From NCBI GenBank assembly GCA_034521515.1, contig JAXHMH010000002.1:344379-408378 (forward strand): a stretch of DNA of 64,000 nt. The letters are read 5' to 3'. The position numbers and the translations under genes are program-made. The notes under the pieces were generated by a model. The model was not told the origin of the DNA, made no database searches, and worked only from the letters and a program-made list of their open reading frames with translations. This DNA comes from Candidatus Saccharimonadota bacterium. GTDB taxonomy: Bacteria > Patescibacteriota > Saccharimonadia > Saccharimonadales > JAXHMH01. This document shows, piece by piece, positions 1 to 7,898 of this stretch (position 1 is its first letter; every line of letters starts with the position of its first letter).

Positions 1-416
1 TTGGTGGCTTCTGGCTCACCTTGGCTCAGCATATACTTAAACCCGCCGAATATAACCATCGCGACCGCCACCAAACCGGCTATCCGCAAAATTATCTCAA
101 AAACCGCCAGTAATACACGTCCAGCAGTGGCTCCAACGTCTGTATTCCCATCTTTATCAGTCGGCAATGTTAGCGAGCAGCCTTCGATTTCGCCTTCTTG
201 CGAGCCATCCAGATATTCATACTCTAGATATTCATACCAGGTAGGGAAGCTAAAAAACCCACCACCCGACGCACACTCACCAGATGCGGCTGATGAGTCT
301 GTGCCAGATTCATTATTATCGGCATTTACAACATTAGCCGGTAAGATGACCAACGCAAAAAACATAATAAAAACAAGCACCCAGGCTAAATAATTCGCTT
401 TGAAGGAATTAACCAC
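1..416 (-). CDS. Partial (3' end runs off window) small secreted membrane protein, VirB2/TrbC-pilin-like; paralog of the adjacent gene
   Basis: Absent from the ORF track because it is incomplete. Reverse-strand translation from GTG at 416-414 (AGGAGG 5 nt upstream) gives MVNSFKANYLAWVLVFIMFFALVILPANVVNA (signal peptide), then GECASGGGFFSFPTWYEYL. A hydrophobic helix follows, LLAVFEIILRIAGLVAVAMVIFGGFKYMLSQGEPEA, matching IGGIQYSMARDNPQA of the 409..1098 product. The listed + ORF 1..393 is its antisense shadow. Confidence 0.6.
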   Translation of the reverse strand, partial: MVNSFKANYLAWVLVFIMFFALVILPANVVNADNNESGTDSSAASGECASGGGFFSFPTWYEYLEYEYLDGSQEGEIEGCSLTLPTDKDGNTDVGATAGRVLLAVFEIILRIAGLVAVAMVIFGGFKYMLSQGEPEAT

Positions 417-1098
417 CGCTACCTCCTTGGAATAATCCACCCGGCACTAACCATTGAAGTATTGCAAACATCGCAAAGAATAGTACCAGCGCCAGCACAG
501 CATTAAATATTCTCTGACGTGCCGCAGCAACTGCTTGCGGATTATCACGTGCCATAGAGTACTGTATACCGCCGATTGTAATCATAATCACGATCACGAT
601 ACCAACCAAAGCAGAAAGACCGTTGATGAACGTCAACAGATAACCCATTATTGGACAGCTGTCCGGGTCAAGACCATCCCTACAGTTTGTATTGAGACTT
701 CCGTCCTGTCTTGCTAGTTGTTGTGTGCGCTCTTCTCTGGTGGTAACACCCTGACATTCGAGGTCACTCCGTCGGTCATCAGGGCTACAGGAGTCTATAA
801 CAGATTCTATATACGCTGTTTCGCTTATTTCTTGTGGCTGCCTATTACCTAAAGCTATCTCAGTTGCCATTTCAAGGCTATCAATCCTGTAATATTTTCC
901 GTCTTCCAGTCCATCGTACCCAGCTTCAGAACATAAACTCGCCGTGTAATTATCACCTGAGCTGCTGCGCCAAGCACACTTCGCTGGATCAGCAGCACTA
1001 ACATCACCTACGTCTATAAGTGGTACCCCGACGCTAACAGCCATAAAGACAACCGCCAAAGCTACATATTTTATGTGTTTATATTTTTGCTTGAACAT
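409..1098 (-). CDS. Secreted membrane protein, VirB2/TrbC-like pilin candidate
   Basis: Signal peptide MFKQKYKHIKYVALAVVFMAVSVGVPL and a Cys-containing ectodomain. The C-terminus has two hydrophobic helices separated by a charged loop (IVIVIMITIGGIQYSMARDNPQAVAAARQRIFNAVLALVLFFAMFAILQWL), the VirB2/TrbC topology. It sits in a T4SS-like gene context. Confidence 0.5.
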   Translation of the reverse strand: MFKQKYKHIKYVALAVVFMAVSVGVPLIDVGDVSAADPAKCAWRSSSGDNYTASLCSEAGYDGLEDGKYYRIDSLEMATEIALGNRQPQEISETAYIESVIDSCSPDDRRSDLECQGVTTREERTQQLARQDGSLNTNCRDGLDPDSCPIMGYLLTFINGLSALVGIVIVIMITIGGIQYSMARDNPQAVAAARQRIFNAVLALVLFFAMFAILQWLVPGGLFQGGSGG

Positions 1099-1213
1099 TT
1101 GTCATTACTATATCCTCACATCTCTCAAAAGACAAGGCTTACTCATAAATACAATGGGGTAGACACAAGCGTTTTCATGTGGTATAATACACAAAATCCT
1201 TTGCGTAAGTTTT

Positions 1214-2293
1214 TTGTTAATGAAGGATGACAGGATCGAAAGGAAACTAACCATGAATAATCTACCAAAAGAAAACATACCAGAAGAACAAGGCGAATTG
1301 TTTAATGCTGCGCCCAATACCGAGGGCACGGGTACTGATTATCACATCCCTGAGACACGGAATGGTATTGCTACGAATGAAGCTACGCTCCTGGCCAACG
1401 ATATTAATGACTCCGACACAACTAATCGAAAAGCTGAAACGATGGAAGGCAAGGAAAGGAAAGACTATGAATCTAACCTAGGTTCAATACCAGAGTCAAA
1501 TGAACAAAAGGTAAAAAACAAAAAACCGACAAGCTGGAACCGTATGCTTGGCGCAGGGGCAGCCTTAGCGCTTGTCGCAGGGGGAGCTTTTGCAGGAAAG
1601 TCCTTGTTATCTGACGAGCGCAGCGAGACAAATGGAGATAACGCTACTGCAGACTTATCCCAAGACGTGAGTCCAGAAGACTTGCGATTCAATGGATACA
1701 CCCCTTCCGTTGCAGAATTTCCCGGCTCTGAGTATCTCACTGAAGAAAACATGGAGATATACAACAACCCAGAGATAGATGACTTGGTTGATAGGTATAA
1801 TCTACGTAAAGTATCGTTTGAATATAGCGAATACGGAAACACGGATCTAGCCGACTATGCGTGGCGTCACCAACATCCAAATCAATATGTTGACCTATCG
1901 TCACTAAGTCAAAACGGCGTTAACGAAGCCGAGGTACAAGAACTTGCCCCTATTTACCTCCACAACCATATCGTAGCCCAAAATATTGACAATGACTCCA
2001 AAGTATGGAATGTTCCCGATTTCGGATACATCACCCCCCGAACTCACCTCTTCCTAGCATCAGCCACAACATTCGAAAATCCACCCACCGTTACTACAAA
2101 TAGCGACAAGTCTATAGAGCTATCGTTCTCCGGCTTAGACATACAAGCAACTAATATTGAAAAGATCCGACCGCTGGAAACCATAGGAAACACTGGACCA
2201 AGATCCTGGACTATGGACTTAACAATAGGGATAGACCCGGAGACCGGTAAGCCAGTGTACCTACGGCATGATGCTGAAGAAGTAAAATCATAG
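1214..2293 (+). CDS. Hypothetical bitopic membrane protein of the T4SS-like locus
   Basis: Long ORF with a single hydrophobic segment (MLGAGAALALVAGGAFAG) after a charged N-terminus, then a ~230-aa C-terminal domain. This is the topology of VirB8-like subunits, but no motif was recognised. ATG 1253 (MNNLPKEN) is an alternative start. Confidence 0.45.
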   Translation: MLMKDDRIERKLTMNNLPKENIPEEQGELFNAAPNTEGTGTDYHIPETRNGIATNEATLLANDINDSDTTNRKAETMEGKERKDYESNLGSIPESNEQKVKNKKPTSWNRMLGAGAALALVAGGAFAGKSLLSDERSETNGDNATADLSQDVSPEDLRFNGYTPSVAEFPGSEYLTEENMEIYNNPEIDDLVDRYNLRKVSFEYSEYGNTDLADYAWRHQHPNQYVDLSSLSQNGVNEAEVQELAPIYLHNHIVAQNIDNDSKVWNVPDFGYITPRTHLFLASATTFENPPTVTTNSDKSIELSFSGLDIQATNIEKIRPLETIGNTGPRSWTMDLTIGIDPETGKPVYLRHDAEEVKS

Positions 2294-2357
2294 ATACTTC
2301 TGTAGTAAGAGGAAAATTTCAGATTCCATAGTGTTGTGCTTGTGGTAAGCTAATTGT

Positions 2358-5132
2358 ATGAAACGAGTCTGGCTACTCTTAGCAATGTTTTTCGTTGCTG
2401 CTATTTTTCAACCTCTTTTCGTGTATGCAATGGATGTGCGTCCACTGGATCAAGCCCAAGTCCCTTCTGGAATCGCGCCTCGCGGAGATACTGGAAATCA
2501 GCTGGCCTTTACTGGTAATGGGCTCACTTTTAATATTATTAACCGTGCGGTAATTGAAGTTGAAGTAGACAATTCCAGTGACCAAGTCTGGACTGGCGTA
2601 GAGACGAGCTCTAGCACCATCGCCAATGTGGTTGGCGGTAGACTTATACGTTCACACCATCACCGTGATCGCTCCCCTAGTAGAGACTTAACTCACTACG
2701 TACTAGATAATTCTACTGATGGCTACGGATCCAAAGGGTATACGAGATATACTGCAATCCGAGACGTTAATGCACTGACAACTAGTTCTGCTGACTTGAG
2801 CGAGAGATGGAGGAGCCTTTCAGACCAAGATATAGTAGATTCATTCGATGGCTCTTGGGCGCAAATTATATCAACGTACGAAAGAATACCGGATCCGGTA
2901 AGAGACGGGTGTCAGCTTACTGTACACGGGCGAGGAGACCTCCATCCTGGTCTAGGTTTGACAAACGCAACTGACGACACCCCAGAATTGCCAGTTGCAT
3001 GGGCGTGCAACGCTGATAGAATTTTCGAGATAACCAACGCGTTAAATAACCTAGAGAATTACAATGTAACACACGAGGCTAACGATGACGGTACGACACT
3101 TGCCATCGTTTTCCCAGAAAACGACGCATCACGCGACTCATTTGTGTATTGCGACGACAATCAGTATGCCCTTGAGAGCTGTGAGAACCCTCGCGGCAAC
3201 TGGATTATAGATGGTCACAACCCTGACGACTTCATGAAAGACTCCAATGTGCCTGTAACCGTAACAAACGGGAGCCAATCATTCCCCATGTCAGTAGCGG
3301 GGAACGAATCAGAATCCTCTACACATATAGGTGGTGGAGGTTCATCGGATCCAGACCAAGACTCCTGTGAATCAGCTGGTAATTTGTCATGGATACTTTG
3401 CGGTTTAGTCCATATGACTGGAGGTGCTCTTAACTGGGTATCTGGCCAAGTTGAGACGCTGCTTGACGTCCCTGAAGAGCGCTATCGTCATGAGGGTATA
3501 CAACAATCGTGGACACTCGTCCGTAATCTTGCTTATATATTGCTCATTCCAGCTATGCTCATCATGGTTATTAGCACTGCGCTTGGTTTTGACTTCGTCA
3601 GCTCCTACACCGTAAAAAGTGCTTTGCCAAGAATGGTAGCGGCAACAATACTGATTGCGCTGTCATGGGAGTTGACTGGGTTTATGATTGCTGTTGTACA
3701 TGCTATAGGCCAGGGTATTGCTGGACTCATATTATACCCGTTCCCAGACGCAGCAACTGAACTTTCCAATATCGTTAGCATTACAACTGGTGGAGCATTA
3801 ACTGTTGGGGTTATTGCTGCCGTTGCTGTAGCTGGCGGTCTGTCAATAATACTATCGTTCCTCGGCTCAGCACTGCTTATAATATTTATGGTATTCATGT
3901 TCCTGGTGGCTCGAGAGATGATGATTTTGGCACTTATCATTGTCGCCCCGCTGGCAATCATAGCCTGGATTTTCCCGGGGCTTAACAAGTTATGGAGTAC
4001 CTGGTGGGGATATTTCTATAAACTATTGTTTATATATCCCGTAATTATGGCAATGTTAGCAATGGGGCTCGTATTTGCCCACATGCTAGACGATGCCCAA
4101 ACTACCGGAGGAGCCGCAGGCGAAGCCCAGAACGCCCTTATCCCACTATTTCAAATTGCTGCAGTAGTTATACCGTTTGCACTTATACCGTTGGCGTTCA
4201 AACAAGCCGGGGGTGCAATGGGAAGCTTAGCTAGTGCCGTAGATCAGAGAAGGCAAGGCGTAGAAGGCAGACTCAAAAAACAACGCGGCGCCAAGGCCGC
4301 CGAAAACTTTGCCAAAACACAAAATTTCAGCCGCTTCAAGGGAGCTAACAGAATATCTAGGGGGGCAAATAGCCTGCTAGGATATACCTCTAATGCCGGT
4401 AAGGCGGGTGTAAATCCACGCAAGTGGAAAAGAAAGCTAAGCACAGTCGCTTCAGATGCATCAATTGCACAGCATGAAGCAATGCTTAAGGATGAAGGTT
4501 ATGAGCCGTGGAAAGGTAACGACGGGCTCAATAAAGCTGCGTCATCAACAAACAATGCTAGGGAGCTAAGAAAAGCACTTATTGCATCGGGTGATTACAA
4601 AGGACCTAACGCTGCTGCAAATCTAAACAGAGACGTTGAACGTGTTGAAGCTATGCGCCAGAAATATGGTAATACGGCACTCAAGCAAGCTGCATGGGTA
4701 CAAGCAATTTCCGGTGGTACTGCATTCAAAGGAACTACTGATGCCTGGGAGGCAGCTGGTAAAATTGCAAACGGTGACGATGCCGTGCTCGCTAAGCTCG
4801 TTGCTCAAGGTCGTAGTGCAGCCATGGGAGCCGGAAGAATCGACCAGGGTGGTGCAGGTTTTATGGACACTATGAAAGTCGCGCAGTCATATTATGAAGA
4901 CCCTGGGTATCGACCTGAGGATGCTGATGCAACTCACGCAGCAAATGTCATTAAATCTCAAGGCCCAGGATCTCTAGCACATGCAAGCATGAAACCTACT
5001 GCAATCAAGAATCTTGCCCCGGCTTTCCAGAAACGCATTGAGGGAGCAACAAAACAGGGCGACAGAGAGACTGCTCAAGCATTGGCATCAGCCGCTGGAT
5101 CACTGACATTGGCACGTCGCCGTGCTTACTAG
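2358..5132 (+). CDS. Large polytopic membrane protein, VirB6/TrbL-like candidate
   Basis: Signal peptide (MKRVWLLLAMFFVAAIFQPLFVYA), ~330-aa ectodomain, about 8-9 hydrophobic helices between aa ~340 and 620, and a ~300-aa soluble C-terminal region. The architecture and position next to PrgI-like/VirB4 genes fit VirB6-type channel subunits. No catalytic motif is seen. Confidence 0.45.
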   Translation: MKRVWLLLAMFFVAAIFQPLFVYAMDVRPLDQAQVPSGIAPRGDTGNQLAFTGNGLTFNIINRAVIEVEVDNSSDQVWTGVETSSSTIANVVGGRLIRSHHHRDRSPSRDLTHYVLDNSTDGYGSKGYTRYTAIRDVNALTTSSADLSERWRSLSDQDIVDSFDGSWAQIISTYERIPDPVRDGCQLTVHGRGDLHPGLGLTNATDDTPELPVAWACNADRIFEITNALNNLENYNVTHEANDDGTTLAIVFPENDASRDSFVYCDDNQYALESCENPRGNWIIDGHNPDDFMKDSNVPVTVTNGSQSFPMSVAGNESESSTHIGGGGSSDPDQDSCESAGNLSWILCGLVHMTGGALNWVSGQVETLLDVPEERYRHEGIQQSWTLVRNLAYILLIPAMLIMVISTALGFDFVSSYTVKSALPRMVAATILIALSWELTGFMIAVVHAIGQGIAGLILYPFPDAATELSNIVSITTGGALTVGVIAAVAVAGGLSIILSFLGSALLIIFMVFMFLVAREMMILALIIVAPLAIIAWIFPGLNKLWSTWWGYFYKLLFIYPVIMAMLAMGLVFAHMLDDAQTTGGAAGEAQNALIPLFQIAAVVIPFALIPLAFKQAGGAMGSLASAVDQRRQGVEGRLKKQRGAKAAENFAKTQNFSRFKGANRISRGANSLLGYTSNAGKAGVNPRKWKRKLSTVASDASIAQHEAMLKDEGYEPWKGNDGLNKAASSTNNARELRKALIASGDYKGPNAAANLNRDVERVEAMRQKYGNTALKQAAWVQAISGGTAFKGTTDAWEAAGKIANGDDAVLAKLVAQGRSAAMGAGRIDQGGAGFMDTMKVAQSYYEDPGYRPEDADATHAANVIKSQGPGSLAHASMKPTAIKNLAPAFQKRIEGATKQGDRETAQALASAAGSLTLARRRAY

Positions 5133-5358
5133 CCCTCAACTTGCTGAAGTTTTTGCAGATAATGTAATGGGCTACGAAGTTGAAGGGTATGGAACCGTTA
5201 AGGACATGATTGAGGCCTACAGAAGTGACGATAACTTTAATCAGATGAGGCGAGAATATGAAAGACAGGCAACAGCTGATGCAGTAAGAAATTCAGCAAA
5301 TCCGCCAGCCGAACCCGGAGCTGGGCCACCTACAGCACCGCAAGATAGGCTTTCTTAA
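5122..5358 (+). CDS. Small hypothetical protein (possibly a frameshifted tail of the preceding gene)
   Basis: GTG start overlaps the stop of 2358..5132 by 11 nt; alternative ATG at 5167. No recognisable domain. It ends just before the SD of the ancestral prgI-like start. Confidence 0.3.
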   Translation: MLTSPQLAEVFADNVMGYEVEGYGTVKDMIEAYRSDDNFNQMRREYERQATADAVRNSANPPAEPGAGPPTAPQDRLS

Positions 5359-5373
5359 AAGGAGAAGGAAAGA

Positions 5374-5426
5374 TGGCAACATATAAAGTAATATCAGATA
5401 TCTAAGCAGAGTATAAACTGCTCGGA
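5374..5426 (+). pseudogene. Duplicated 5' fragment of the PrgI-like gene (remnant start left upstream of an inserted TA cassette)
   Basis: These 53 nt match 6245..6297: the first 30 nt are identical, followed by 4 mismatches. One mismatch (GAA to TAA at 5404-5406) stops the reading frame after 10 codons. The fragment is preceded by a strong SD (AAGGAGAAGGAAAG) that the intact copy lacks. Confidence 0.8.
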
Positions 5427-5518
5427 CAACGGGCTTAGTACAGTAAAACTATCCGAGTAACCTTTTGCAACAACTCGTAGATTAAACACCTAAATATGTA
5501 TATGAACGGAAGTTTAAC

Positions 5519-5558
5519 TTGACTTTAAGTTTAACTCGAGTTAAACTTGAACCATATG
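5519..5558 (+). promoter_or_regulatory. Promoter/operator of the Phd-VapC operon, leaderless configuration
   Basis: TTGACT (5519-5524), 17-nt spacer, TAAACT (5542-5547), then ATG at 5556, 8 nt after the -10. There is no SD. An 18-bp perfect palindrome GTTTAACTCGAGTTAAAC (5529-5546) overlaps the spacer and the -10. Confidence 0.6.
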
Positions 5559-5822
5559 AAAACTATATCTGCTAAAGAGCTGCGTGACAACCTTGGCGAA
5601 ATAACTAAACGGGTGAGCGCCGGCGAACATATCTACGTAAGCTACAGAAATAAACTGTCTTTCAAGCTAGAACCAGCGACCCCTCCAAAGCCCGCGCGTA
5701 AAAAGCTGGCTGGCCTAGAAGCCTTTTTGGCGGCACCAAAGAAGCCTTCTCAGCACAATCCGGACAAACCCGCAAAAGAAATATATCACGAGCTTCTGGA
5801 TGAAAAATATGGCTCCAAGTAA
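5556..5822 (+). CDS. Type II antitoxin, Phd/YefM family
   Basis: The N-terminus MKTISAKELRDNLGEITKRVSAGEHIYVSYRNKLSFKLEP is typical of Phd/YefM. It is small and overlaps the downstream PIN toxin gene. The ORF-track TTG at 5547 is less likely than ATG 5556. Confidence 0.75.
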   Translation: MKTISAKELRDNLGEITKRVSAGEHIYVSYRNKLSFKLEPATPPKPARKKLAGLEAFLAAPKKPSQHNPDKPAKEIYHELLDEKYGSK

Positions 5823-6198
5823 GCTGTTTTTGGATGCCAATATCCTAATAGAGATTCTAGAATCCCGGCCAAAACATAAAAAAGCGGAAAAACTGTTGCT
5901 TTCAGGTGCGGGGAATTTGCATATCTCTACCCTGACATGCCACATTGCTGCTTATGTGTCCCGAAAAAGAATTGGTCTGGAAGTACTCGAACAATTCTTA
6001 GGCGACTATATTTGGCTAGAGCTGAAACCTGAGGACATAGCTTGGGCATTTGATAACCGCCGTGACAATGACTTTGAAGACGCCCTGCAGATTGCCATGG
6101 CTGTAAGAAGTGGTTGTAGCGTGTTTTATACCCTAGATAAGCAACTCGTCAATGCCTATGCTACCTTGCCCACCCTGGAAGTAAAGTTACTCAAATAG
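5800..6198 (+). CDS. vapC: Type II toxin, PIN-domain VapC family
   Basis: PIN acidic-residue pattern: LFLDANILIE near the N-terminus, DFEDALQIAMA, and TLDKQL near the C-terminus. 132 aa, with a 23-nt overlap with the antitoxin gene. Confidence 0.75.
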   Translation: MKNMAPSKLFLDANILIEILESRPKHKKAEKLLLSGAGNLHISTLTCHIAAYVSRKRIGLEVLEQFLGDYIWLELKPEDIAWAFDNRRDNDFEDALQIAMAVRSGCSVFYTLDKQLVNAYATLPTLEVKLLK

Positions 6199-6212
6199 CA
6201 TAAGTATTTACT

Positions 6213-6240
6213 CAGCACTCTGTACTGTGTACTCTGTACT
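6213..6240. repeat. Heptad tandem tract (cagcact ctgtact gtgtact ctgtact)
   Basis: Four consecutive 7-nt units lie directly between the TA cassette and the ATG (6245) of the PrgI-like gene. Confidence 0.75.
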
Positions 6241-6244
6241 TACA

Positions 6245-7366
6245 ATGGCAACATATAAAGTAATATCAGATATCGAAGCAGAAGATAAACTGCTGGGGCC
6301 GCTGACACTCAGACAGTTTATCTATGCATGTATTGTCGTGGTATCGGGTTATATTGCATTTCGCCTTATATTTGTTAGTTGGCTGCTAGTATTGCCGCTA
6401 CTGCCAATCATGATATTTTTTGGTTTATTGGCGTTTCCATTTACCAAAGATCAACCGGCGGAAGTCTGGTTATTGGCGCGTTTGCGGTTTTTCTTAAAAC
6501 CACACTTACGAATCTGGAGCCAAGACGGCATACAAGAGCTAGTATCTGTTACTGCCCCTAAATTACCAGAAAAGCAGCTTACCAAAGACTTTTCCCAGAC
6601 CGAAGTAAAAAGCCGTCTAAGGGCTTTGGCAGATACAATTGATAGCCGTGGATGGGCAGTCAAGAACGTCAACGTTAATCTAACTGGCCAACCATCCGCC
6701 GCAAACGGTGCATCAGATCGGCTCGTCCAGGCCACGTCAACGCCTCAACCGGTTGCCGATATCGATATTGGAGCATCCGATGACATGCTGGATGAACAGT
6801 ATAACCCCCGCGCACAGTCTCTCGATAAACTCATAAACGCCTCCGGTCAAGCGCACCGGCAGCAAATAGTGCAACAGATGAAGCAGGCTCCCCAACAGAC
6901 GCAGGAACCGGCAGCTAATTACTGGTTTATGAACCAACCATCCGGACAACCGCAACCAGGCTACAACACCGGTAAAGGTACCGTAATCACGCCAGGAAGC
7001 AACGACCAAAAACCCTCAAACCAACAACCAACCACCCAAGAGGAACAAGCCTTGCTCGAGAAAATCCATAAATCAAAACAGCAGCCACAACCTGGCTCCA
7101 GTCATATCAAGACTATCCAACCCATCGATCAGAATAACCCCAATCCTGCGCAAACAACACAACCGCAACCAGAAGCTCCTAATCAAGCCAACACCCCACA
7201 ACAAGCTACTAACGAACATCCCCAAACCAGCCCCCAAAAAACACAGCCCGATCCAGCCCTATTAGAACTTGCCCATAACGACGATCTGAATGTCGAAACC
7301 ATAGCCCGCCAGGCCAACAAGCACAACGACGATGACCCGGAGGAAGTGGTAGTATCGCTACATTAA
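6245..7366 (+). CDS. PrgI-family (VirB3-like) T4SS membrane protein with long Q/P-rich C-terminal tail
   Basis: N-terminus MATYKVISDIEAEDKLLGPLTLRQFIY followed by two hydrophobic helices, the PrgI-family pattern. It lies immediately upstream of VirB4-like genes. The C-terminal ~180 aa are Q/P/N-rich low complexity. ATG 6245 is preferred over track GTG 6227 because the duplicated fragment at 5374 begins at the same ATG. Confidence 0.55.
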   Translation: MATYKVISDIEAEDKLLGPLTLRQFIYACIVVVSGYIAFRLIFVSWLLVLPLLPIMIFFGLLAFPFTKDQPAEVWLLARLRFFLKPHLRIWSQDGIQELVSVTAPKLPEKQLTKDFSQTEVKSRLRALADTIDSRGWAVKNVNVNLTGQPSAANGASDRLVQATSTPQPVADIDIGASDDMLDEQYNPRAQSLDKLINASGQAHRQQIVQQMKQAPQQTQEPAANYWFMNQPSGQPQPGYNTGKGTVITPGSNDQKPSNQQPTTQEEQALLEKIHKSKQQPQPGSSHIKTIQPIDQNNPNPAQTTQPQPEAPNQANTPQQATNEHPQTSPQKTQPDPALLELAHNDDLNVETIARQANKHNDDDPEEVVVSLH

Positions 7367-7368
7367 GC

Positions 7369-7403
7369 TGAAGTACTTAGTACATAGTCCTCAGTACCAA
7401 GTA
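7369..7403. repeat. Heptad tandem tract (gtac-type: gaagtac ttagtac atagtcc tcagtac caagtaa)
   Basis: Five 7-nt units lie between the PrgI-like stop and the 3' end of the four-helix-bundle gene. Confidence 0.65.
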
Positions 7404-7418
7404 AAAGCCACTCAACTT

Positions 7419-7769
7419 CTACGATGGTAATTTACGTATAAACCCTGACAGAAGCTTACTGACTTCAATAACCTCAGAAAGCAGTTTCTTTTGATTTTTG
7501 TCGTTAAGATAACCTAAATCTTTAGCAACAATAAGCATCGACTCAACTTCAAACGCTGATCCTTTGGCAATATACAGATAGTTTCTGAGAGATTTGTTGC
7601 TTTGTTTTGCATAACCTTCGGCAATGTTGTTCATAATCGATACAGCTGCGCGTTGAATCTGATCCCTGAACCCGTAATCCTTGCATGTACTAAAAGAACC
7701 GTAAACATCTGTCGTTAATTCGCGAGCTTTTTGCCACGCAATTATGTCTTTAAATGATTCAATACCCAC
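7419..7769 (-). CDS. Four-helix-bundle protein (23S rRNA intervening-sequence protein family)
   Basis: Shows AWQKARELTTDVY, NNIAEGYAKQS and AKGSAFEVESML, signatures of the PF05635/TIGR02436 family. 116 aa, GTG start. It is antisense to the surrounding T4SS genes. Confidence 0.8.
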   Translation of the reverse strand: MGIESFKDIIAWQKARELTTDVYGSFSTCKDYGFRDQIQRAAVSIMNNIAEGYAKQSNKSLRNYLYIAKGSAFEVESMLIVAKDLGYLNDKNQKKLLSEVIEVSKLLSGFIRKLPS

Positions 7770-7801
7770 TAATTCATTCTACCATCATTTAGTTACTAAC
7801 A

Positions 7802-7836
7802 TGTACTAGGTACTAGGTACTGTGTACTCCGTACTT
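7802..7836. repeat. Heptad tandem tract (tgtacta ggtacta ggtactg tgtactc cgtactt)
   Basis: Five phase-locked 7-nt units lie upstream of the four-helix-bundle gene. The CTAG-containing units give stops on both strands. Confidence 0.8.
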
Positions 7837-7898
7837 GGAGGCTTTGTTCTCTCGCGATTTTCCTCTATACTTAAGCTTATAATCTCCTCTTTCTGAGG

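Noticed and set aside
1-393. 130-aa plus-strand ORF at the window start
   Set aside because: The product is low-complexity and non-protein-like. The opposite strand encodes a convincing signal-peptide/pilin-like protein with an SD-GTG start, so this ORF is an antisense shadow.
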